In this document: positions 11,331-22,230 of the stretch, in pieces
Layout of the letters: every line of letters starts with the position of its first letter
How positions within the stretch are numbered: position 1 is the stretch's first letter
DNA from: Azolla caroliniana
Lineage: Eukaryota > Plantae > Polypodiophyta
Direction of reading: 5' to 3'
DNA: 64,000 nucleotides
Assembly: GCA_043228905.1 (NCBI GenBank)
Contig: JBHGNT010000018.1
Coordinates: 10,850,001-10,914,000, forward strand
Position numbers and translations under genes: made by a program
Notes under the pieces: generated by a model
What the model was told of the DNA's origin: nothing
Database searches by the model: none
Seen by the model: the letters and a program-made list of their open reading frames with translations, nothing else

Positions 11331-13369
11331 AAATCCATTCTCACTTGGGACAAGAGTTCCCTCTTGTTCCTTTCGTGATTTGCCGGCACCGTTAGGAATT
11401 GGACGGATTTCCCACCGTTTTGGCTCCGAATTCGTGCAAAAGCCGCACCGCTATCGAGCACCTTCGTCTCCATCCGTGATGCCGTGATAAAGGGTTGGCC
11501 GAGGATGAAGGAATGTGAAACCTCATCTTGCACGAAGAAATTTTGGTCGATCTCGACATCCCCGATCTTCACCGTCACATCTGGACAAGCCGCAAATAGA
11601 TCTTCCGTTGCTTTGGTGGCCGCCCGAATCTTCCATCCATGGTTGGTGTTAATAGGCCACTTCCCCTTCCGGTAGAACTCCTTGGACATCAAGTTGATCT
11701 CCGATCCGTGATCAATCAATGCTAGCACGGGTTCTTTGATGTTGCCGATTCGGACCGGAGTCTCCGTAGTCGCGCGTGCCCAATGTGGCCTTGTATAGTG
11801 GGAGTTCGGAATTTCGTCCTCCACTTCGGTGTCGTTCATTAAAACGGTGTTCGCATTCACCCTTGGAGAATTTTCCTCCGTACTTTGTCTTTTTCGCTTC
11901 ACGAGATCCACGAGAAGATCGTGGAACTCCTTCTTTGCTATTCCGAGTAGCTCCCGAAGCGAGAAATCTACCCGGCTATCCAAGATTCTTTCCTCGAACA
12001 CTCTTTTCAAGTCGGTTTGTTGTTCTATGTCCGAGGCCAGCTTGAATGCCGGAGTCGCCTTTTCTTTTCCCTTACCTCCGGAGTTCCAGCTTTCCGATAT
12101 CTTTGATGGCCCGGCCGCATCCTCCGTGCGTCGTCGTTTCTCGTCCACATACACCTTATGCAATTGACACAGGGCGTATACGCTATTCTTGTCGACAGGG
12201 CACTCCCATCCCGTAGCTTCCCGGACGCCTTCCGCGGTGATTCGGATCTCGTTAGAGTCGATTTTCTCGGTGTTTTCTAGAACTTCCGGCCAAAAAGACG
12301 TCTTTGCTCTGGATGACTCCCTGACACATATTCCCGCGGTTGTCGCATAGTTGCTTCTTGCCGCCAATTCCTCCTCGAGCACCTTCTTCATGCCGCCTTT
12401 CCGGAAGTTCGGTCGGAGTGGCTTCCGAGAGTCCATCGAATGAATCCGGTTTCCCTCATAGTAGATGAGATCCCGCCGTAGCGCCTCCTTATGCTCGTCG
12501 CAATCCCTCCGATCGTGTTCGGCGCTATCGCACCATATGCACCGTCGGTCCGCATACTTGGAGCTTGTGGGGCGGTCATCCGACTTCTTCACCATCGCGA
12601 TCTTCAGATTATCCATCTCCTTCAATAGTTGCTCCACCGTAGATGCATCAATCGCCTTCTCGGTTGTAGTCTCTCGAGCCCTCAGTTGATGGTCTTCCAA
12701 TCCGGTTCTCGGTTTCGGAATCGGTTCCGAAACCCTCTTTTCCTCGTCGGCAAGCCATTGCCCCCTCTTCGTGTATCGCACGACGATATCCCGCACGCTT
12801 TCCCATGTTTCGGTGAGGCCGCTCTCCGTGGTCGTGTCCTCCAAGAGCACTCCGAGATCTTTCCGGTCCCGGACGTCCATGGCTCGCAAGAACATGATCA
12901 CCTTGTCCGGTACGAGGATAGCTTGATCTCTCGCGGACAACCTCCCGAACCGGCTTTCGAATGCCGAAAACACATCAACGACCTTCAATCCCTTGTCCGG
13001 CGTCTCCACCCAGTCTTCGAATCCCCTTCGCGTCGCCTTGGAGGAATCCTCGATGGCGAACGCCCTCTTTAGATCTACTTCAAATGCCTCCCATGTCGGA
13101 TTTTGCTGTCGTAGCCGATGGATGCTTGCTTGAAGCCCGTCGGTCGCCACCCGGTTGAAGGACGTCACTTGCAGTCCTTCCGATATTCCGCACCGTAGCA
13201 TCTCCGCCTAGTAATCCCGAAGATACCGCGACACGTCTTTCCCGTTGAATTGCCCGTTTCGTTGCACGAGCCGCTCCACTGATGCCGCTATCTCCGACAT
13301 CGCGCGTTGTTCTTGTAGCATGCACTCAAACATCATCATCATGTTGCTAGCCTCCGGTTGATTTTCCAT
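11327..13369 (-). CDS. Gypsy gag-protease ORF (premature TAG ~13208)
   Basis: ATG at 13369; zinc knuckle CIWCDSAEHDRRDC; aspartic-protease motif LIDHGSEINL; ends in G GAT TTT TAA. Confidence 0.88.
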
Positions 13370-13386
13370 CTCCTTGCCACCCGGTC

Positions 13387-13404
13387 TTCACGTCGGGTTC
13401 ACCA
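13387..13404 (-). other. Primer-binding site complementary to tRNA-Trp
   Basis: The plus strand reads TTCACGTCGGGTTCACCA, matching the 3' end + CCA of plant cytosolic tRNA-Trp as I recall it; 4 nt from the 5' LTR. Confidence 0.85.
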
Positions 13405-14736
13405 ACTGTGTCGTGCCCTTCGGCTCCGGATCGTTGCGTGAGTCGGGTGGGAACCGCCGAGGTTTCTGACTAGGAGGAAGAGGAATACAACTTAAAGCTA
13501 GTTATGAATAGTGGAAAGAGAAGTAAGATAGCAAACTCGTGAATCTCACGAGTTTAGTGTAATTAAAACAATATTTAGATTATAAGAGCAATTAGATGGC
13601 AAAATTCGTGAATCCCACGAATATATTAGATTGATCAAAAACTTGTATATTAATCAACAACCATATACATATTTTTCTCCTCCTTATATAAAGATGGAAG
13701 AGGCTAAGCATGGCTTCATGCTTTTTCACCTAAAGTGCCCATGCACACTAAATGTGCATGTGATGCTTTGTCATTTCCTAAATATAGGGCTCATGCACGC
13801 TAGATGTGCATGAGTCACTTTTAATGTCACGTGTAAATAAAATATTCACACTCTAAAGAATACATGATTTTTACCTTTTAATAAAGGTATGTGTAAATAA
13901 AGGTCTTATACGTATTAAATCTATATTTATAACACTAAAGATAAATTATTACAATGGTAAAGTTGGGGTTTATCTACGTGGAGGTGCATGGTTCGAATCT
14001 TGCCCTATGCATGTGATAAATTCTTTTGATATATTATTTATTTATTTATATGTATCTAAAATCGGATATATTATTTTATGCTTTTCACGTAGTGTGCAGA
14101 ATACACTACGACACCGTATCGAATTCCTATGTAAAGTATGTGTTTGGTACATGAACTCGATACCCTGCATCGAGTTCATGTAAAAACACGAACTATATAC
14201 AGGAACACGATACGGTGTATCGAGTTCTTATATAAAACACACAATTTAAAGAGGAATATTCTGTCTTTGGGGCAACAATTTAGTATTGTGTGAAAAGATA
14301 TCAAACTTTCTGTTAAAATCAGACTTTTTTTATGGAGATTTGCCATATTTTGTAACAAATAGGGGCCTTAATTATAGAGGTTTTATGACCTAGTATAGCT
14401 TAAAATAGTAGAAAATAACCCACAAATTACCTTCACGATACCAAATTCAAGTCTATCATATGCAAATTCTCTAGAATATGGATATGGAATCAATATAAGC
14501 CATACCTACCCTTCAAGATAATATATATCCTTGCATACTTATTAAGATATATATTTTCTAAGTTGAATAGCCCTTACTAGAATGGATTTCTAAATAAAGG
14601 ACTACCATGTTCACTCAATGCATGATTGATATTTATAGTTTACCACAAATCGGCTGCTAGTTTATTTCTTCATCTACTTATTTGTATTGTAATATACAAC
14701 CTTAACTTATGTTTTCGCATGTACTTTCTTAAATAG

Positions 14737-15126
14737 GTCGTCTGAGAACTTGTCAAACCGACCCGTGAAGAAAATAAAGCTTTGGATACAGGGCTCTCCA
14801 ATTGAAAGCCAGACCCTAATAGCTCCTGAGAACATGAAGAGAGTAAAAAAGCTAGTCTTCAACGAGGAGACCAAATCTCAACCACCCAATGAGGTCAGTC
14901 AAAAGAAACTATTAGCAGCTATTGGTGGTGAAGACCTTCCTGACCATGATCTAACGGACAAGGAATGGTGTATGCAATACATTGACTCCAAGAAAAAAGT
15001 CTTCTTGTATACAGCAAAGAAGAAGGGCGAGGGGCAGCTTGAAAATGAAACCGCATTTATGTATGGCCGTATTCTACAATTTGACTACGAAGATTCAGAT
15101 TCGGCCAACATACTTGTAATGATAGA
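14737..15126 (+). pseudogene. Copy-1 ParB-MTase gene, exon 2 truncated at the inversion breakpoint (exon 1 at 6728-6762)
   Basis: Almost identical to 23093-23482; ends at TAGA followed by a TIR. Confidence 0.85.
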
Positions 15127-16029
15127 AACACGTTCGCGTTCACAAGTGGAAGGATTGTGCATTCCACTTGTAGAATCTTCTTGAAATGAAGTAAATACAC
15201 CCTCTCTACAAAAATTGGATGTACTAGTATCACATGTTCCTCAACTTGATGAGAATTTGCAAATATAAAAATACAAAATAGGTCTACGAGTGGAGATCAT
15301 TAGAAATCATGCAAGTTTGGACGTGTTGATAAGTTAATGTAGGCATAATAAAGTTCAACAATGGCTCAATATGTCACTAATGTGCGACAATGGAAACACT
15401 AAGTTAAAGACTTATATTAATTTGGTAAGTTTTACAAAAATATGAGATGTACTTGTATCCATACTAATAAAATGAGTTATAATTTATACTTTGACCCATA
15501 CGTGCATGTATATAATTGTGGACAATGTAGGATAGTGCACTTTAGGATAATGTGATTGGAATAACTAACTTATTAAAGTATTCAATACTTGTATTTAAAG
15601 TTGATCTAATCTATTCCTTAGCTTGTTTGCATGGGATCAAACCATATGGATATAATTGTGGACAATGTAAGGCAGTGAACTTTAGGATAATGTCGTGGAA
15701 ATAACAAACCTATTAAGGCTTTCATACCTGTATTTAAAATTGATCTACTCTATTGCTTAGGTGATTCACACAGGATCAAACTCCGAACGATAACCCAAGT
15801 GGAACTACAAGCGTATAAAAACATGCAGATAACGCTAGTGGAACCATTATCAACACACTACACAATCTAAGCAACAATAGAATAGAAACATAATAGTTTT
15901 AACAATAGAAGACAAAGATCCATAACAACAACATGGACAGTCATGGCAACAATTGTAGGACCATGTTATGTTAAGGTTAGCTTGGACCAAAATCAGCCTC
16001 AATTTAAACTAATTCATGTTTCTCCATAA

Positions 16030-18287
16030 ATTTCGTTGACTTTTTTTATATGGGTTGACAAGTCCCCGTTCTGTCGTGGTGACATGTTGCAATTTCCGTG
16101 TCACTCCTGGATATACCAGCAGATTTGAACCTCCCACTTCATTAGAATGCTCCTTGATTTCTTTGTTTCTTAATTTCATCGAAGTAGCCAACGGTGATGT
16201 ATTCAATGGCATTAACGAACCGAAAAGTTGGCCCTCTATTTACATTGGTTTTTATCCTATAAAAAATAATACATCGAGATAAGAATAGATTGAATAACCT
16301 TAAGAAATGCAATATAGTGAATGACACCTATAAATAATCCTTACCATGCAAGGTTCTCGATGCCATGGCAACGAGATCTCAAAGCTTGACCTACCGAGTA
16401 CGCTTGGTCCATACTATGAAAGACAACTATTCGCCACAAGGATACAGTCGTTAGCTCAACGAAATCCTTGACCATCTTCTACAATTGTTTAAACCTAAAC
16501 GGTCCATCGTCGTACGATGACCCAGCCATTCGAAATTCGTAAGGAATATCCGCAATCATTAGCGTATATTTCTTCTTTGGCACTTTTTGGATCAAGTCGA
16601 CAACATCGCCACAAACCACATTGTAGTAAAGATCTCTCGTAATATCTTTTTTGTGGCTAAAATTTTTAAAGGAGCCATCTTCCTCCATTTCGTACGCCTT
16701 GACTAAGCGATGATCCTTTTCTTTTCTGGCTCGCTCGAGATGTGCAAGGAAGGATGTAGGGAAATCGTGTATATCCTTAACTTCTCCTTGTTTCTTGCCA
16801 CGACACGGTTTCTAATAGAAGCAATAGGACATCAAGTATTATTATACAAGCTCTACATATGATGAAAGCGTAATGAAAAACCACCAATACTAACCCAATC
16901 CTTGAATGCAATAAAATACTCCGATAACGCCTTATATGAAGACGTTAGAGGATAATCCTCGGTGACTTGTTCCCAAGTTATACATCCAAGTTGTTTCATC
17001 ATAACTTCTTGGATCTTCATGTACACCTTATGACTGTAAAATTAGAAATCAAGATTAGAACTTTGAATTACACCATATAGACTTCAATTTCAGTATTTGA
17101 AAAACTTACTTATTGAACTTAGTGACCATTTTATCAAGGCTTAAATCTTTCCCCACAACCCTTGACAAAACAGACAGAAGAAGCTGCTCATCCTTAATAC
17201 CTTGCATCGCTCTCCACAGAGACAGCTTCATGTCGTCAGCCGCTTCTTCAATTGTCAAGTCAATTTTCTTGGCTGCTTGTGACTTTAACTCTAGTTGAGG
17301 GTCAACCTTACATTTCTTTTGTCGTTGACCCTTTACCTCCTTATTCTCCCACATTGAGAAGATTTGATCCTGTAGGTCCCATACTTCTCCATCTCTAAAG
17401 GCCAGTTGAAACCAAGACTCATATTTTCGAAGACCATCGGACTTAACATTATCATCTACCACAATACCGACTTCATGCAGACATTGACGTCGTAGACCTG
17501 GATGTAGCTTCAAATACTTGTGGTGGAAGAACCTTATACGCTCAATGGATGACATTTTCTGCCTATAGTCATTATCGTTATTGTGGTCCCATGCCAACAG
17601 CTTTGCCTCTTCAGTTGTGAGACCCACGTAAATTTTGCACTCGGCATACCTCAAGAAGAAAGTCGTTGGATGTTCTCTCACAAGTTGCCGACGTGCCTCC
17701 GCCGAATGCGAACCACCAATGACAAAGTAATTATATTGATCATGCTTTCTTATATCGAAATCTTCAATGGTTTCACATTCATCAGGATCCACCATAACAA
17801 TAAAAGGCACAACGGTAGCATGTCTCTCTAATCTCAAGTGGTCTTCATCTTGTTTTTTCATCAATAGGGGGCCGATGGATGTGTGTTATAGGCAAATTAA
17901 ACACTTGCCCTTTCCTGACCAGTTTACGCAGCATTAACTCTCTCTGTATCTTATTATGCTCGGATGACAACACACCCGATGCCAGCTCAACTCCTGGTGT
18001 CCCCTTAGTGTCCTCATCTTCGTTTGAGCTTGATGAGTCGGAGTCCAACATTTTAGTGGTCTTCTTTTTTGGTGGTCTTGATTGTACTTTAGATGCCCTT
18101 TTTGGGGCCTTTACTGGGTAGGGCAATGGCTCCCTTAGAGTTACATGGCCTTGTATATACGGACTCAAGGTAACAATAAGGTTTTGTGAGCTTTGTAGAT
18201 CTTTTTTAAGAGCTTCGGGCCCCAAAGATTCCTTTACTAGAAGATCTTTAGAAATGAACACTTTACGTACCCCCTTAGAGCACTCTA
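16030..18287 (-). pseudogene. Copy-1 ParB-MTase gene, inverted 3' part
   Basis: ORFs 17845-18261, 17106-17864, 16479-16688 and 16009-16327 mirror 23480-25800. The C-terminal ~500 bp are deleted at ~16035. Confidence 0.85.
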
Positions 18288-18655
18288 AACACGTTCGTGT
18301 TCACAAGTGGAAGGATCGCGCATAAATGGAAGGATAAGGGAAATTTTGGTTGATTTTAGGGCTTTTTCAATGATTTCACAAAACACATTGATACCAGTAT
18401 CATACATGTTCAAACATACTATGAAAAAGGTTAAAAATCCATTATTTTCGTGATTTAGAAGTAACTAAAAAGAGAGGAATTTCAAAAAGTTACATTCTCA
18501 ATTTATATCACAAACTTTACAACCAATGTTATTTTATAAGAAATGATTTTTTAGAAATCATAAGAATTCAAAACACATGCTTTTATATTACTCGATTTGT
18601 TACAAGCGGAATGTAGTTACACTTAATTGCCAAATATACATTCGTGATCACTCCT

Positions 18656-21403
18656 TTACGAAGAATCACTACTATAACTAATATACAATGACGATTCCTC
18701 CTCGTCATCCTCGGATGTACCAATCAGTGCATTATCTTCGTCATAAACCAAATGGTTTGGCTCTAGATTATATGTAGCAGATCTCGTTTGCCTTTGACTC
18801 GAGCCACCTTGTAAACCTGGTAATTTTTCTTTTATTATATCTATTGTTGACTTCCTTAATCGTCCGGCTTTTGTAAGAGTGAAGTCGTACACGATGATAT
18901 CCACATCAGAGATATTAAGGGTCGAGGTGTTACGAATGTTTCGCTTCCTCTTCCTACCTCCCCTTCTTGTTGGGCATTCAATCATCTCCAATGTATACTT
19001 ACCTGTAAAAGCATTTGCACTTCTAGTGTTGTACCAATGAACATTTATAGACTTGATCGTGTTTTCTATATCATGCATTAGCACTTCTAGAATTTTACCA
19101 ACCCAAAATTGGTGGCCATGTGAGTTCTCATCAGTCGGCGTTGCAATCAACATCCCCGCGGTGAGCTCTTGCAAATTGCCTTGCCATCTAGCTTCGGCTG
19201 CTTTGGTCATCCTTGGTCCCACATAAATGTCTCTTTGTTGTGGATGGACCAAGTTGTCATTAATCGCGTTTGCTGGTTGCTCCGGAGTTCTATTTACACG
19301 ATCATGTTGCAGGGACCATGTGAATGGTGTTTCCAAATTCCAATTATCACCAAATACACAATTGTCTATAATTCCTTTCTGATCACTATAAAATACATCC
19401 CACCATGACGTGTCTTGTTGTGCGACATATTTCTTGGCGGCCTCAATATGCTTTCTTTTTTCTTCTAAGGCTTGGAGCCATGACCGTTTTTGTTCCGATA
19501 CCAAGTCACTCTGCAACTGTCCTTTCTTCTCAATTGGCATTTGCTTAGCTCCATGGACAATTGTACTCGACATACAAACTAATAACTAGCAACCACCTTC
19601 ATGTTCCCATGTTGTAGAAGATGAATATTGTTTAGCATACAAAAGTGTAGAACCACTTATTCCATTTTTCTTTATCATAAAAATGTGATTGAAACTTATA
19701 TTATTTAACTGGACAAGCACTTTAACATTCCCACCACCCCCATCTGATATATATCTCTTAAAGTCATATACCTCCTTCAAGTGTAACACTTTTGGGCGTC
19801 GTGTATATGCATCACAAATGACATCAAATAGTTTAGGTAAGGTGAAAGCATCATGCCAAGACAACTGTCTGGAGAATGTGCTAAACATCTGATCTATATG
19901 GTCATGTGTGTGGCCAACCAAAATAAAATTGACTTTCACTTTCCTAAACAATCCTTGGTTGACCAACATACTTAGATAGCCAAACACAATTGAATTTTTG
20001 TTCTCTCTAGCAGTATTGTCCAATTGAATGTATAGAACAGGGGGGAAAGGTTGGCCCCAAGACATCAAAACTCGGTGAATCACTGTAACTGTTAGGTTAG
20101 GGTCATTGTGAACATTGGGGTATGTAATGAAGACGTGAGGTCCAACAGACCTATTATAAGCCAAGCATTCCACCAGGTGCATTTGACCAAGGCACTCATC
20201 ATTGACATCTTTGGGGAGCCTCTGCATATGCGGCAAGCACGTCTTCTTCTGGTCCATGCCATCTATCATTAAGCACATGTATTGTTCGGGGCTCTTCAAA
20301 CACTTCTCTCTATGATGCATCGCCTTCTTTCGTTCTAAAGATTGTGCCTCACGATGCTCTTGTAGTAACTTCTTACTCATATCCTTTTCCATTGATGTCT
20401 TTGCACCTTTAGCCAAACTTTTAAGATTTGCACAAATGGAGCAATACCCCATGCGTACTTTACGTGGAATGATAACATTTGAAAACCGAGCTCTCCATAA
20501 TCTTGTGAATTGGCTATATGTGATAGACTTATTACATGAGCCCACCATATCAGATCGATGGACATCATAAACTTCCCGACGTGTATAATTATCAAAAAGG
20601 TGCATCCTACCTGTAGTGGGCATTACTTCACAATTTAACTGAAAGTAACTTTTCATCCAACCAATAGCATGTCTTCCAATTGCATCTTTCATACTTGGAA
20701 CCTCTTTTACAATTGAGCATCTAATCCCCGCTAAGTAGACGTTGTTGTACTCTATGTAGCCGCATGTTACTAACACATAACGCAATTTTGAATGCAACTC
20801 TACATATCTGTTGCACATGAAAGATATAATACTCGAATGATACTTTGATCCCCGTATGTTTGTCAGATACTAGTTGCATATGTGACCCGAGGTAAGTGTC
20901 TTGATCATTACCAGTAATCGAAAAATAGTATTGCCTTAATTCTCACAACTTTGATTTTCCAATCATAGACATACAACCACGGGCACAACATATTTTTTTG
21001 ACATCAAATCCAATCTGTTTATCTGATGTCACCAAGTTAAATCTATCTAGACGAATTCTTCGTGGGATTCTTCTAATATGCATAGGGCTTCTTGATTTCT
21101 CTTCCTGCATAGAGGTTGGTGTAACCTTGTTACAATCTAATTCTTTGTTGTGACCATCGCCAATGTTATTTGATAATTCATTGGCACTACCTTCATTCTC
21201 CGTATGTTTATTAATATCGTATTCTTCAATAGAGAACTCTTCACATGTATCATTATTTACATTCCTTGTAGGTGAAGATGAGCTCAGACAATATTCTTCG
21301 ATAGAATATGGTGAGTCTGTCGACAAACAATACTCTTCAGTAGAAAACATTAGTCTGATGACAAACAATATTCTTCAATCGAGAATGGTGAATCTTCACT
21401 CAT
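18656..21403 (-). pseudogene. Sola-like DDD transposase gene, disrupted by a few frameshifts/stops
   Basis: CxxC...H zinc-like motif (YCSICANL...H), then MIDGMDQ, IQLDNTARENKN and FILVGHTHDHIDQMFS, an RNase-H-fold catalytic pattern like Sola-type transposases. C-terminal FWVGKI...VHWY module. ATG at 21403 matches copy-1 ATG at 5899. Confidence 0.8.
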
Positions 21404-22230
21404 TGCTTAAGGTCTAGATAAGGCTCTTTAAGTTATGTGCTTATGCTAAGGTAAAAAACTAATAAGCTCCTCTCTAAACATAAATTCCTCTCTAAACAAA
21501 AGCTCCCTCAATATAATTTCTATATTATTTAATATTATATTAATACAATACATAAACATATTATTTTTAATATAGTAATTGGATTTAAAATATCAATAAT
21601 GATTTAAACTAGGTCTATTTGAAGTTAAATCAAGTATAATATAAATCCAATCATTATCAAGCCATAAATATGTTGGATTAAAGTTAAAATCATTGGCTAA
21701 TTAATGGCACCCATATTTGATATAGAACTTCTTAGCCATTGGTTCATTAATGCTCACCATTTTAAATATTAGACTTATCAATCATTGGTTCATTCATGCC
21801 CACATCTTTAATACACAGCAATTGAGAGTCATAAAAATGTTGCTTTTAGTCATCAATCATTGGTTCATTCATGAACCTCTATCATTGTGTCCTTCATGAC
21901 CTTTACAGTCATTGTAAGTTATTATGACTATAAAAGATTCATCAATATGTTAGTTTGACTTTATAATCATTGATGCAATCATAAGTTACTCTAGTTAATG
22001 TGACTGTGGTTACCAACTAACTAACCTCAAACTTACCAACCCTAGTTAAGGTGACTGTGGTTACTTTAACCACTGTGGTCAATCCCTATAAATAGGAAGA
22101 CCTCGCCATATTTCACTCACAAGAGTACACAAGAGCATACAAGAGCACACAGAGCGAACAAACCACACAAAGTACACGAAGCACGAAGCACGAAAGTGTG
22201 ATCTCCGCCTCCACTTCCACAAGATCAACA

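Larger units (their letters stand above)
7033..14113 (-). mobile_element. Near-intact young Ty3/Gypsy LTR retrotransposon
   Basis: 705-bp LTRs at 7033-7737 and 13409-14113 (TG...CA, ~7 differences by eye). 4-bp TSD CCGT (7029-7032 / 14114-14117). PPT GGAGGGGGCGAA next to 7737; PBS at 13387-13404. Confidence 0.97.
4094..18287. mobile_element. Rearranged copy 1 of the TIR DNA transposon (left arm 4094-15126 incl. Gypsy; right arm inverted 15127-18287)
   Basis: Left TIR AACACGTTCGCGTTCACAAGTGGAAGGATCGCGCAT at 4094. A right-end-type TIR in inverted position at 15127. Homologous to 18288-27215 throughout. Confidence 0.9.

Noticed and set aside
7997-13158. Numerous plus-strand ORFs opposite Gypsy gag-pol (and opposite the Copia at 54118-57836)
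   Set aside because: Antisense shadows of GC-rich retroelement coding sequence with no recognisable motifs.
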